NCBI GenBank assembly: GCA_022071945.1 | Contig: JAJVIN010000017.1 | Location: 31,251-95,250 of the forward strand | Direction: 5' to 3' | Length of the DNA: 64,000 bases | From: Thermoanaerobaculia bacterium | Lineage (GTDB): Bacteria > Acidobacteriota > Thermoanaerobaculia > UBA5066 | In this document: positions 48,001 to 58,148 of the stretch, one piece after another | Position numbering within the stretch: the stretch's first letter is position 1 | Layout of the letters: each line of letters opens with the position of its first letter | Position numbers and translations under genes: made by a program | Notes under the pieces: generated by a model | The model's database searches: none | Seen by the model: the letters and a program-made list of their open reading frames with translations, nothing else | Told to the model about the DNA's origin: nothing

Positions 48001-50024
48001 TCCCGCTCGCCGACTCCATCACGACCTGGAGGGTCGGGATGAGCGCGGTCTCGGGAAAGGGAGAACTCGGCAGTCGAGACGTGGGCCTGAGAGTCTTCCA
48101 GGACTTCTTCGTCGACGTCGACTTCCCCGCCACTCTGACCCAGCACGACTCCGTGAGCGTCCCTCTGGCCGTCTACAACTACCTCTCCGCCGCTCAGACC
48201 GTGGAGCTCGAGGTGCAGCCGGGAGACTGGTTCGAGTTGAAGGGGGATCGGGTCCGGAGGCTGAGCGTGGGACCGGGCCAGGTCACGAGCGTGTCTCTCG
48301 ACATCCGGGCCCTGAAGCCAGGCCGGCACGGCTTGACGGTGAAGGCCCGGGGCTCCTCGCAGGGAGATGCGGTCGAGCGGACGGTCACCGTCGCTCCCGA
48401 TGGCCGCCCCGTGGTCGAGACCTGGAGCGGCCGCCTTTCAGGGAAGGCCGGCCAGACGTTTACGATCCCCGAGACGGCCATCGACGGGGCGAACGATCTC
48501 TTCGTGAAGATCTACCCGGGATCCTTCAGCCAGGTCGTGGAAGGGCTCGATTCGATCCTCCGCATGCCGTCCGGCTGCTTCGAGCAGACCTCCTCGACGA
48601 CCTACCCGAACGTCCTCGTCCTCGACTACCTCAGGCGCACGAAGCAGGCCAGACCGAAGGTCGAGATGAAGGCCGCCGAGTACATCAACCTCGGCTACCA
48701 GCGCCTTCTCTCGTACGAGGTTCAAGGAGGGGGATTCGAGTGGTTCGGGAAAGCCCCCGCGCACATCGTTCTGACCGCCTACGGGCTTCTCGAGTTCCAT
48801 GACATGTCCAAGGTCCACGAAGTGGATCCCGCCGTCATCGAGAGGACGCGAAAGTGGCTCTATGGTCAGCAGAAGGCAGATGGAACGTGGGAGCCGGCCG
48901 CCGGGGGGATCGCCGAGGGGGCCATCAACGCCTTTCAGGGGGCCACGCTCCGCACGACGGCGTACGTCGCGTGGGCCCTGGCGGAGACGGGGGACAAGGA
49001 TCCTCGGCTCGGCCGTGCTCTCGATCACCTCTCGCGCCCCTCGACGTGGCAGGCCGCCGGGGACGACGCCTACGCCCTCGCCCTGACCGGCAACGCCCTC
49101 GCCTCTGCTGGCCGGAATTCCGAGGCGGCTCCCGTTCTCGAGAAGTTGATGAAGCTCTCGGTTGCCGAAGGAGAGACCCTCCACTGGCAACCGAAGTCCT
49201 CCGGGGTCACCGAGTCTCGTGGGAGAGCCTTCGAGATCGAGACGACGTCGATCGCGGCTCAGGCCCTGATGAAGTCCCAGTACGACGTGGCCGCCGCGCA
49301 CAAGGCGCTCGCCTGGCTCGTTTCGAAGAAGGACTCCTTCGGCACGTGGAGCTCGACCCAGGCGACCATTCAGGCGATGAGGGCCCTGCTCGGAGGGTCC
49401 GAGCCGGGTGGTGGGAAAGGGAGCGCCAAGGTTGCCGTCGCGGCAAATGGTCGCTCCGTCGAGTCGCTCGAGATCACACCCGAGACGAGTGATGTCTTTC
49501 GCCTCGTCAGCCTGAGGAATGAAGTGCGGCCGGGTCAGAACGAGGTCGCCATCGAGCTGACGGGCGAGGGGAACCTCGCCTACCAGATCGTGGCGACGCA
49601 CTACGTGCCGTGGGGCGCCAGGAGTGAGGCGAAAGAAGAGCCCGCTATGTCGATCGAGCTCACCTACGACACCAGGCAGGTCAGAAGAGATGCGATCCTG
49701 AAGGTTGGGGCCCTCGTCAGGTACAACCGGCCGGGCGCGGCCAGGATGGTGGTCGTCGACCTCGGCATCCCTCCGGGCTTCGATGTCGATCCGAAAACCT
49801 TCGAGGACATGAAAGCGACCGGCCGAATCGAGCGCTTCTCCTTGACCTCCCGTCAGGTGATCCTCTACATCGAGGAGCTCGAAAACGAAAAGGCGCTCGC
49901 GTTCTCGTACACGCTTCGGGCCCGGTACCCGGTGAGGGCAAAGACGCCGGTCTCGGCCGCCTACCCCTACTACGAACCCGAGGCCCGGAGCGAGGCCAAA
50001 CCCACGGAGCTCGTGATCGAGTAG
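45066..50024 (+). CDS. Alpha-2-macroglobulin family protein (MG domains, thioester motif CFEQ) with an internal polytopic membrane insertion
   Basis: 1652 aa. N-terminal signal anchor. Repeated MG/bMG beta-sandwich regions. GCFEQTSSTTYPNV is a thioester-like CxEQ. Residues around 685-930 form 6-8 strongly hydrophobic helices in the same uninterrupted frame. Confidence 0.8.
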   Translation: MSEEASMSYAAVEPEVPWLGSPRFRRVLSTVILAALLLFLVGSVRVALKKPSGSQVFLYGQTALSPGKPASFRAFVLDSRDRRPLSGAAVSARLVSASGKSRPLAQVKTGEDGTVQISGEIPPDLPEGSYRLAVEADSAAGTSEVARDVSVKRSFRTMVSTDKPIYQPGQTIHIRTLSLHSSDLAPVEKRPVTITVQDPKGNKVFKALKTTSAYGIASADFVLADQVNTGDYAIEAVLGDTVSRRSVEVKVYTLPKYRIELSTQRGYFQPGETAAVTLRATYTFGKPVREAEIVITAQEFIEKFRPFAEVRGETDAEGRFRAEIPLPRTFAGQGVRKGDAPLKIEAKVTDKAGHTQERSLDLTVSEEPIRVEAFPESGVLVPRVENIVYIVTAYPDGRPAETTLTVGKDSRSVKTSAYGIAKVTLIPDGGDLSVPIRATDSHGASVSVTRTLKPGPADGFILRTSRPVYRAGETAHLSILSAAESGRVFVDAVKGGQTVLTDTVDIKGHHGELALDISPDLAGTIEVHAYRLLPNGEFVRDSRVIQVEPASDLSIGVELDRETYRPGEKALLKFLVERRKGEPVQAALSLAGVDEAVFALSEMRPGLEEVFFLLQEEILKPRWELHAALPVAPGSVLAEGGEPRPDREEAKKVLFAAAGGCSAPQVTVSKGYEEKVRQTRDEKRAYARHVLAGLALLPTLLFAISTLLLGFYAVVRLIHRGQPADLSAEHHAELRSTSGWVIWTWMLTPYLVLATAAGSAALLGRVSYRWEKGAGVLAALVHLALFVVLLRAAKRWKSSPAATATPLLRKLLWTVPTASICLGLGFVALLLGLQGYPRVIPEELGAIALGTLLTGTLLMAGFLAIARQCALRPASAGRWFWLLLSRPAALALPALLMALVAFAGARRSSPMLAGKIADDGAMRLEMAPPAAAEAKKQDVIGAPAGTLVEPTRVRRFFPETLFFLPEVITDAEGKAQVEIPLADSITTWRVGMSAVSGKGELGSRDVGLRVFQDFFVDVDFPATLTQHDSVSVPLAVYNYLSAAQTVELEVQPGDWFELKGDRVRRLSVGPGQVTSVSLDIRALKPGRHGLTVKARGSSQGDAVERTVTVAPDGRPVVETWSGRLSGKAGQTFTIPETAIDGANDLFVKIYPGSFSQVVEGLDSILRMPSGCFEQTSSTTYPNVLVLDYLRRTKQARPKVEMKAAEYINLGYQRLLSYEVQGGGFEWFGKAPAHIVLTAYGLLEFHDMSKVHEVDPAVIERTRKWLYGQQKADGTWEPAAGGIAEGAINAFQGATLRTTAYVAWALAETGDKDPRLGRALDHLSRPSTWQAAGDDAYALALTGNALASAGRNSEAAPVLEKLMKLSVAEGETLHWQPKSSGVTESRGRAFEIETTSIAAQALMKSQYDVAAAHKALAWLVSKKDSFGTWSSTQATIQAMRALLGGSEPGGGKGSAKVAVAANGRSVESLEITPETSDVFRLVSLRNEVRPGQNEVAIELTGEGNLAYQIVATHYVPWGARSEAKEEPAMSIELTYDTRQVRRDAILKVGALVRYNRPGAARMVVVDLGIPPGFDVDPKTFEDMKATGRIERFSLTSRQVILYIEELENEKALAFSYTLRARYPVRAKTPVSAAYPYYEPEARSEAKPTELVIE

Positions 50025-50061
50025 GAGAAGGGCCTCACGGTTCGAGAAGCCTGTATCAGCC

Positions 50062-53000
50062 TCACGGGGAACCGGACTCGGCTGCCTTCTCTCTGTGGCA
50101 GCTCGCGAGGTGTTCCCGGATCTCCTCGAGGGCTTGACGGGCCTCCGCGAAGTCGAGGCGAGAAATCTGGTTCTCGAGCTCTCTCACGATGTCCGCCGGA
50201 CAGAGCGAGTGCAGAGTGGGCCGGACCATCTTGAAGAGCGTCAGAGCCTCGAGGTTCTGCTCGCCGAGGCGAACGTCGAGATGGGCGAGGAGATCGCCGA
50301 GAGCGCCGGGATCGAGAGTGTGCGGGAGCTCCCCGTCTCCTGCCACAAGGCCGTCCGATTCGACCCAGCACCCCGCCAGGGCTCTCTCGAGAACCTCGAC
50401 CGCCTCTTCCCTGATGCCCCCCTCGGCCGCGGCGGATTCGATGTCTCTCGCGGCATCGGCAATGGCCTTTGCGGAAAGAGTCGCCGCGGATCCCTTGAGA
50501 GTGTGGGAGATGTGCTTGATCTCCTCGAAATCCCGCCTCTTCTCGGCCTCTCGAATCCGGCGCGGGTCGTCGCGATGCTGGAAAACGAAGTCGGACACGA
50601 CCTCGACGAGGAGGGTCCGGTTTCCGGAGAAGCGCCTCAGCGCCGTCGCCTCGTCTATCCCGAAAAGCCGCGCCTGCGCCTCGCCGGCGACTGGGTTTGG
50701 CATCCTTGGGCCAGGCGCGGCAGAGGCGAGCGGAGCGTGCAGGAGCTCCGCGAGCACCTCGGTCAGGCTCTCGGGTTCGAGGGGTTTGGCGACGTGGGCG
50801 GACATTCCAGCGGCGAGGAGCCGGCGGGCTTCCTCGGGATCCGAGTGCGCCGTCATCGCCACGACGGGGAGGTCGGGGTACTTCTCGCGAATGTGGCGCA
50901 AGGTGGCGAGCCCTCCCATTCGGGGCATCTCGATGTCGAGGAGGACGATCTCAGGTGGACCTTCCTTCTGCATGAGCTCGAGGGCTTCCTCTCCGTCAGC
51001 TGCCTCCAGGACCTCGTAGGAAGCTCCGGCAAGGACTTGCCGCGCCATCGTCCGGTTCACCGGGTCGTCGTCGGCCACGAGGACCCGAGACGGCCTCGGC
51101 GCGCTCTCCCTTGGAATGGAAAGTGAAGGACGTCTCAGGACTCCGGAGGCCTTCTCGCGCTCGAACCGCAGACCCAGGCGTCCCTCGATCAGGCCGAAGA
51201 TCGCTTCTTCCCGGTAGGGCTTGAAGAGGACGTCGTCAGCCCCGGCCGTGCGAAGGGCTCCCGATTCGGACTCGAAGACGCTGGCGGTCTGCGCCACGAT
51301 CACCGTTCGCGTACGGCCGGTTCGTGCCTCTTCCTGGCGAATCCGCTCCGTCGCCTCCCGTCCGTCCATCACGGGCATCCTCACGTCCATGAACACGAGG
51401 TGGGGAGCCCACTCGCGCCAGAGGGTGAGGGCTTCCTGCCCGTTGGCCGCTGTCTTGACATCCAGCCCGACGGTCGTCAGAAGGGTCGAGAGGAGGGAGC
51501 GGTTCTCGAAGGTATCGTCCACCACGGCGATGCGCGGAGAGGTCTGCCCGGCCGCCAGCCTGGTGATCCGGGCGGGTTCGGTCCTCGCCGGCCTTTGGTC
51601 CGAGCGCGGGAGAGCCACCTCGAAACGGAACGTGGTGCCCTCTCCCTTCTTGCTCGACACGGCAATCGACCCGTCCATCAGCTCCACGATCCGCTTGGTG
51701 ATCGCAAGGCCGAGCCCGGTTCCCTCCCGAACCGAGCGGCCGGATTCGGTCTGCACGAACGGCGTGAAGAGCTTGCCGATCTCTTCTTCCGCGATCCCGA
51801 TCCCCGTGTCGGAGACGGCGAAGGAAGCCCGTCCCTCCCTCCAGGCCGCCACGAGCGAGACCGTCCCGGCCGTATCCCTGGCCAGGGAGGCACCGGCAGT
51901 CCTCCTGGCAGACCGGTCTTCCAGCGCGGCCGCCGTGAACTTCACGGCATTGCCCAGGAGGTTGATCAGGACTTGCCGGAGCTTTCCTGGATCTCCGAGA
52001 ACCACAGGGGGGAGCTCGCTCGAAAGCTCGACCGAGAACCTCAGATCCGCCTCCTCGCAACGGGCCGTGAACATCCGCTCGACGGTCTGGATGAGCTCCT
52101 TCAGGTCGAAGGGCTCCGCGTCGAGCGTCATCTTTCCCGCCTCGATCTTCGAGATCGAAAGGACCTGGTTGATCAGCGAGAGCAGGTGCTCGCCGCTTCG
52201 CAGGATGATCGAGAGATGGTCCCTGTCCGCCGGGGTCAGGGTCGAGCTTCTCTTCATGAGACGCGCGAACCCGAGAACCGCATTCAAGGGGGTGCGCAGC
52301 TCGTGGCTCATGTTCGCGAGGAAGACGCTCTTGGCATCGCTCGCCTCCAGGGCGCGCTGTTCCGAATCCCTCAACTCACGGGTCCGTTCCCGAACGAGCG
52401 CATGGAGCACCGACTGGCGTTGCCGCATCAGGTGAAGCCGGATCCTGTAGAGCGGCCACGTCAGGCTCACGAGGAGGAGGACCGCCGCGATCCGGAAGGG
52501 AAGGCGCTGGTAGAGCGCGGGTTCGATGGTGACGGGCAGGGCCAGGGCAGACGTGCCAAACACCCCCTCACGGTTGGAGCCCTGGGCTTCGAGCGTGTAG
52601 GTGCCGGGGGGCAACGAAGTGTAGGTCGTGGTGCGGTGGGAGGCATCGGCCTGGCGCCATTCGCGGTCGAAACCCGAAAGCCGGTAGCGGTAGCGGATCC
52701 GCGAAGGCGCGGAGAAGTCGAGGGCGGCGAACTCGAAGGCGACGGACTCGTGGCCCGGTGAAAGCCGGAGCCGGGAGAGCCCGTGAGGCACCCAGGGCCG
52801 TCCATCCACCAACAGGGAGGTCAGGACGATGGGAGGAGAAAAGCTCCAGTCCAGAAGCCCCCGCGGATCGATGAGGAGAAGCCCGTCGGGGCCCCCGAAA
52901 ACCAGCTGCCCGGAGCGGGTTTCGATGGCCGCGCCTTGCCAGATCGAGCGTCCCGTCCCTTCATCTGGCCCGAAGTGGCGAATCGCGAAAGTTGTGGGAT

Positions 53001-54966
53001 CGAACCTGAGAGTGTCCTCGACCCAGATCTTCCCCGCTCGATCCTCCAGCAGGTTGTCGCACCGTTCGTTGGCGACACCGAGCCGCGCCGAGAGATCGAT
53101 GAAGGCCGCCGCCTTCCCGTCGAATCCAGAAAGCTCGACGATCCCCGAGCTCAGCCCGGCAAAGAGCCTTCCCGATGCGGTCGAGAGGAGATCGATCGGA
53201 CTTCCCGGCGGGAGCGTCCCCGAGGTGTTCTCCTTGGTGCTCAGACGGATGAAGCGTGTTGCTCCCGGAGGCAGGACGGCCAGGCCAGTCGGAGATGCGA
53301 CCCAGAGGGCGTCCCCGTGCCAGGCGATGTCGGTGATCCCGCCCATGATTCTCTTTCCGTCCGTGAACGCCGCCGCCTCGGCCGCTCCCTTCTCGAAGTC
53401 GAAAAACCCGAGACCCGCCGTCGATCCGACCCACAGGCCGCGGCCCTCGCGATCCGGGAGCAGCGTGCTGATACGTCCCGTCGTCTTGCCGAAGGCCTGG
53501 GCCGTGAACCACTCGATTCGTCCCGTGCGGCGGTCGAGCCGATTGAGGGTTCCGGAGGTCCCCAGCCAGATCGCCCCGTCCGCCGTTTCCGTCATGGCGC
53601 CGACTCGGCCCTGGTCCAGCGACCGGCCGTCCTTCGGCCCTGGCCTGTACCCCGCCACTCTCCGTGCGCTATCGAACACGTCGGCCCCGTTGGAATGCGT
53701 TCCGACCCAGAGAAAGCCATCCGAGGATTCGAAGACCGACTCCACCTCTTCCGCCGACAAGCCGTCCGGCCGCAGGGGCGAGTGACGGAGGAGCCGGATC
53801 CCGGCCTCCGCCGGGCTGTAACGGACGAGGCCGCTTCCGATCGTCCCGATCCAGACGAGACCGCTCTCATCCACGAGCAGGCTGGAGATCCGGTTGCTCG
53901 ATACAGACTCCGGCACGGAGGCGTCGTGCCGATAGACCGCGCGGAGCTCGCCGCTTCTGGAATCGCGGACTTCGACCCCGTTCGCCGGGGTGCCGAGCCA
54001 GATCGTCTCGTCGTCCGTCTGGGCGAATGCATAGGCCCGAGCCTCCGGTTCGAGAAACCGTGCCCGGCCCGAGGCGGGATCGACCCGGGCAACACCTCCT
54101 CCGAAGATGCCCACCCAGATCGCGCCATCCCGCGCCTCGTGCAGGCGATACACCGGCCGTCCGGAGAGAGACTCCCCTCCTCCCGCCTTCTCGTCCGCCA
54201 CGGCCTCCACGCCGCCGCTTTGGCGGCGGACGGCGAGACCCGCGGCGCTGCCAATGAAGAGATCGCCGCGGCGGGAGAGGAGCAAAGCACCCAGCCGCGA
54301 CCGGTCCGGATCGAGAGAACCCTTCGGACGCGGGTCGACCCGGGTCACGGCGAGGCCCTTCGGCTCGACGAGATCGAGGCCGCCGGCACCGGAAACCCAC
54401 ATCTTCCCGTCCGGACGCTCGGCGATATCCCGGATGCTGTCCGACGCCAGGCCCTTGGGCGAGGCTGACAGGTTCTGAAACGACTCCGTCGCCGGGTCGA
54501 AGATCGACAGGCCCGAGTCGTCCGTCCCGATCCAGACCTTGCCATCCCTGGCTCCCCGGATCACCCGAATCCGGTTGCCCGAAAGCGACCTGGGATCGCG
54601 GGCATCGCGCCGGAAGACGCGAAACGTGTATCCGTCGTAGCGGACCACCCCGTCATGGGTGCCGATCCACAGGAATCCCGTTCGGTCCTGCGCCAGGCAC
54701 GTGACGTCCCGCTCGGGAATGGAACGCGAGTCTCCGACACGATGGAAGATGGGCTCTCCGAGCTGGTACTTCAGCTCGGGGCCTTCACGAGCCTGGGCCG
54801 GCGCGACGAAGAGCGCGGCGAAGAGCGCCGCGAGGAGGATCCCCTGGCCGACCGCGAGCCGCGCCGCGCCCTTTCCGGGGCGAACCGAGCCTTCCTCGTA
54901 GCGGAAGACCGCTCCCCGACACGCATCCAGGGCGCGCCTTGGCGACTCGGGCTTTGGGGGAACCAC
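50062..54966 (-). CDS. Hybrid sensor histidine kinase/response regulator: periplasmic regulator-propeller repeats, Y_Y_Y, TM, HisKA, HATPase_c, two receiver domains and a C-terminal HPt domain
   Basis: 1634 aa. H-box MSHELRTPLNAVLGF. HATPase DTGIGI. Two CheY-like blocks (RIAVVDD..., RVLVADDD...). HPt HTLKGSAATL. Confidence 0.9.
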   Translation of the reverse strand: MVPPKPESPRRALDACRGAVFRYEEGSVRPGKGAARLAVGQGILLAALFAALFVAPAQAREGPELKYQLGEPIFHRVGDSRSIPERDVTCLAQDRTGFLWIGTHDGVVRYDGYTFRVFRRDARDPRSLSGNRIRVIRGARDGKVWIGTDDSGLSIFDPATESFQNLSASPKGLASDSIRDIAERPDGKMWVSGAGGLDLVEPKGLAVTRVDPRPKGSLDPDRSRLGALLLSRRGDLFIGSAAGLAVRRQSGGVEAVADEKAGGGESLSGRPVYRLHEARDGAIWVGIFGGGVARVDPASGRARFLEPEARAYAFAQTDDETIWLGTPANGVEVRDSRSGELRAVYRHDASVPESVSSNRISSLLVDESGLVWIGTIGSGLVRYSPAEAGIRLLRHSPLRPDGLSAEEVESVFESSDGFLWVGTHSNGADVFDSARRVAGYRPGPKDGRSLDQGRVGAMTETADGAIWLGTSGTLNRLDRRTGRIEWFTAQAFGKTTGRISTLLPDREGRGLWVGSTAGLGFFDFEKGAAEAAAFTDGKRIMGGITDIAWHGDALWVASPTGLAVLPPGATRFIRLSTKENTSGTLPPGSPIDLLSTASGRLFAGLSSGIVELSGFDGKAAAFIDLSARLGVANERCDNLLEDRAGKIWVEDTLRFDPTTFAIRHFGPDEGTGRSIWQGAAIETRSGQLVFGGPDGLLLIDPRGLLDWSFSPPIVLTSLLVDGRPWVPHGLSRLRLSPGHESVAFEFAALDFSAPSRIRYRYRLSGFDREWRQADASHRTTTYTSLPPGTYTLEAQGSNREGVFGTSALALPVTIEPALYQRLPFRIAAVLLLVSLTWPLYRIRLHLMRQRQSVLHALVRERTRELRDSEQRALEASDAKSVFLANMSHELRTPLNAVLGFARLMKRSSTLTPADRDHLSIILRSGEHLLSLINQVLSISKIEAGKMTLDAEPFDLKELIQTVERMFTARCEEADLRFSVELSSELPPVVLGDPGKLRQVLINLLGNAVKFTAAALEDRSARRTAGASLARDTAGTVSLVAAWREGRASFAVSDTGIGIAEEEIGKLFTPFVQTESGRSVREGTGLGLAITKRIVELMDGSIAVSSKKGEGTTFRFEVALPRSDQRPARTEPARITRLAAGQTSPRIAVVDDTFENRSLLSTLLTTVGLDVKTAANGQEALTLWREWAPHLVFMDVRMPVMDGREATERIRQEEARTGRTRTVIVAQTASVFESESGALRTAGADDVLFKPYREEAIFGLIEGRLGLRFEREKASGVLRRPSLSIPRESAPRPSRVLVADDDPVNRTMARQVLAGASYEVLEAADGEEALELMQKEGPPEIVLLDIEMPRMGGLATLRHIREKYPDLPVVAMTAHSDPEEARRLLAAGMSAHVAKPLEPESLTEVLAELLHAPLASAAPGPRMPNPVAGEAQARLFGIDEATALRRFSGNRTLLVEVVSDFVFQHRDDPRRIREAEKRRDFEEIKHISHTLKGSAATLSAKAIADAARDIESAAAEGGIREEAVEVLERALAGCWVESDGLVAGDGELPHTLDPGALGDLLAHLDVRLGEQNLEALTLFKMVRPTLHSLCPADIVRELENQISRLDFAEARQALEEIREHLASCHREKAAESGSP

Positions 54967-55032
54967 GGCGGGGATTCTACGAGTGAGGCCCAGCCTTGCT
55001 TCGCACGCGCGCGGGGCCGCGCTCAGCCGCCC

Positions 55033-57937
55033 TCAGTTCACCGGACCGAGGATCTCTCTCACCTTCGTCAGGAGGGCCACCGGACTGTAGGGCTTCTGCA
55101 GGAAGGCGAGTCCGCTCCGAAGCGCCGCCTCGACCGCGGCCGCGTCGGAGGAGTACCCGGAGACCAGGAGCACGTTCTGACCGGGCCTCGCCTCCTTTAG
55201 CTTCTCGGCGAGTTCTTGACCATTGCCGCCCGGCAGCACGAGGTCTGTCAACAGGAGGTCGATCCCGTCCCCATGACGTTCCGATTGGGACACGGCCTCG
55301 CGGAAGTCCGCCGCGACGATCACCCTGTACCCGCGGGATCGGAGGAGCTCGGATGTCATGGCCCGAAGAGCGCCGTCGTCCTCCACGAGGAGGATCGTCT
55401 CGTTGCCGCCCGGTAGCTGGGCCATCGACTCGAGAGCGGACTGAGATGAGACGGCCGCCTCGACCATCGGGAAGAAAAGCCTGAAGGTCGTCCCTTTTCC
55501 CTCGACGCTCTCCAGCGTGATGCCGCCCCCGCTCTGACGGACGATTCCGTAGACCGTCGACAGGCCGAGCCCCGTCCCCTTGCCCGTCTCCTTGGTGGTG
55601 AAGAACGGCTCGAAGACCTTAGACTGGATCTCCTCCGGAATACCCTGTCCCGTATCCGCGACGGTGAGAACGACGCTGGCTCCGGCCCGGGCCAGGCCTA
55701 TGGCCGCGGCTCTCTCCTCCGGGATCTCTTCGTTTGCGGTCCGGATCGCAACCCTGCCGCCCGACGGCATGGCATCGCGGGCGTTCACCGCGAGGTTCAT
55801 CAGGACCTGCTCGAGTTGCCCGGGATCGGCCAGGATGGTGGCTGGCGAGGCCTCGGCCCTCACCTCGAGCTCGATGTCCTCGCCTATCAGGCGCGTCAGC
55901 ATCTTCCGGGTCTCGTTCACGGTCTGGTTGAGGTCCAGAATCCTGACCTCCTGAGGCTGCTTGCGGGAAAACGCCAGGAGCTGGCGGGTGAGACTGGCGG
56001 CTCTCTGGCCCGCCTTCCTGATCTCCTGAACGTTTCGCCTCACCGGATGCGCCTCGGCGAGGGAATCCTCCGCGAGCTCCGCGTACCCCAGGATGACGCT
56101 GAGGAGGTTGTTGAAGTCGTGGGCGACGCCCCCCGCGAGCCGGCCCACCGCCTCCATCTTCTGCGCGTGCAAGAGCTGGCTCTTGGAATCTCTCAGAAGC
56201 TCTTCCGAGCGCATCTTCTCGCTGATGTCCTGCTTCACGGCGATGAAGTGGCGGAGGCTCCCGTTCTCGACGACCGGGGCGATCAGCATCGACTCCCAGT
56301 ACCTCTCCCCCGACTTCTTGCGGTTGAGGAGCTCGCCTCGCCACTCCCGCCCCGCCAAGATGGTCTCCCACAGCTCGCGGTAGACCCGCGGCTCCTGGGC
56401 TCCCGAGCGGAGAATCCTCGGCGACTTTCCCAGCGTCTCGTCGCGGGTGTAGCCCGTCATCTCGCAGAAGCGCCGGTTGACGTACTCGATGGCGCCGTCC
56501 CGGCTGGTGATCATGACCCCGACCGGGCTCTGCTCGACGGCGAGCAGCAGTTTGCGGACTTCCGCCTGGGCATACTGAACCGGCCTCCTCGGCCTTCTTT
56601 CGCTCCGAGATGTCGCGCAGGATCGCCAGGATGAACTCCGAATCTCCGTCCCTGACGAGCTTTCCGCTGACCTCGAACGGTATGGCCCGGCCGGTCCTGT
56701 CCCGGTGCACGGTTTCCCAGACGAGGCTCCCCGCAAGCGAGGCCTTCTGGAGAATCGACGCCGCGGCGGGAGCCGTGCCGGGCGCGCGGAGGTCTGCCAC
56801 CGTCATCTCCCGGAGCTCCTGGCGCGTGCGGCCGTACGTGGACTCGGCCTTCTGGTTCGCGTCGAGGATCCGGCCATCGAGAGAGACGAAGAGGATGACG
56901 TCGTTTGCCTGGGAGAGAACCGCCGAGAACCTCGATTCCTCGCGGGCGAGGACGGCGGCGTGCCGGATGTGCTGGGCGCGAAGCAGGACGAGCCCAGAGA
57001 GGAAGGCGCACCCGACCACGAACCAGGATGCCCGGGCGCGGTTCCTCACTCTGTCGTCCGAGGTCTTCCAGACTTCCTGCCGGTCCACCGAGACGGCCAC
57101 CGCGAAGCCCGGGTCCTCGAGCCTGTACGCCGCGACGAGCATCTCGCGGCCTCCCGGGGCTGGCGAAAAGCCGACAAGCGAGCTCCCCGGCACCTCGTCG
57201 AAGATCGAAGCCTCCACCAGGCTGGGTCCCGCCGCGGCTCCCAATGGCCCCGGCGCACGCGGCCCTCGGGGCCGCTCCAGCCTGAGACGAGAGGCCTGAT
57301 CCCGGAACAGGACAGCACAGTCGATCGACGCGGACGTTCCCCACGCGCAGTCCAGGCGGGACAGCACCGCCTGCCAGAGATCAGCCTTGACCACCAGAAT
57401 CCCGCCGGGTCGGCCCGGCTCGCCCCCGGGTAGCGGCACCCACCAGGAAACGAAGCCGCCGCCTTCCGGACCCCGCGACACCTGCCTCGCTGCCTTCCCG
57501 GAAGAGAGCACGTCCCGAACGAGAAGTCCCGCATCCTCCAGAACATCCCGGCCTCCGGCAGACACGATGGGGACGCCATCAGCGGCGAGAAGCTGGATCG
57601 AGGTGAGTCTGTGTTCCTCACGAATGATCTCGAGGACCTTTTCCGCCTCGGGACGGCCTCCATCCCTGGTGAGAAGGGCCTCCTGCAGGACGGGTTGACC
57701 CGCGATGGCCCGCGCCTCTCCCTCGAGCCACTCGAGCCACGATTCGAGCGCGATCTGCCAGTGAACAGCCGTGGTCCGGACCAGTCCCTTCCATGTGCTC
57801 TCGGCGATCGCTCTTTCCTGGGGGATCACCAGGAACTCGATGTAGCCGGCCACCAGGGCGACAAGGAGCGGAAAGACGATCAGGGCCACGAGCACCGGTG
57901 GCGACACTCGGAATCGAGGAGACTGGCTTCGAATCAT
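55033..57937 (-). pseudogene. Multi-PAS hybrid sensor histidine kinase (TM sensor, PAS, PAS, HisKA, HATPase_c, receiver) interrupted by a single frameshift near 56590
   Basis: ORF 55619..57937 encodes a plausible TM sensor plus PAS up to ...ILRDISERKKAEEA, then degenerates into Arg/Pro-rich nonsense. ORF 55033..56736 is nonsense at its 5' end and becomes a plausible protein from ...QYAQAEVRKLLLAVEQSPVGVMITSRDG (PAS), then HDFNNLLSVILGYAE (HisKA), DTGQGI (HATPase) and a C-terminal receiver. The two meaningful halves abut at gaggaggccggttcagtatgccc, where a 1-nt indel would fuse them. Confidence 0.55.
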
Positions 57938-58148
57938 CCGGATCCTGCAAGTCTAGTCCCTCACCAGGACCGTGACGGGGAGAGTCCCAAGGAGCCGGGG
58001 GAATTCCCTGTTCGAGAACGAGACAGGCGACGCGCCGCTCCTCCTGGCGGCGGAGGAAGCGGACGCCTTCCCTTCCGCCAGGTCCCTGAAACGGGGGGAA
58101 GCCGCGAGAGAATGCCGGGCAGGCACACGGACACGTGAGGAGGACACG

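Noticed and set aside
46518-48329. 603-aa minus-strand ORF inside the A2M-like gene
   Set aside because: Antisense artefact with an Arg/Pro/Gly-rich translation.
55619-56590. 3' two-fifths of ORF 55619..57937
   Set aside because: It is out-of-frame read-through after the frameshift. The true coding frame here is that of ORF 55033..56736.
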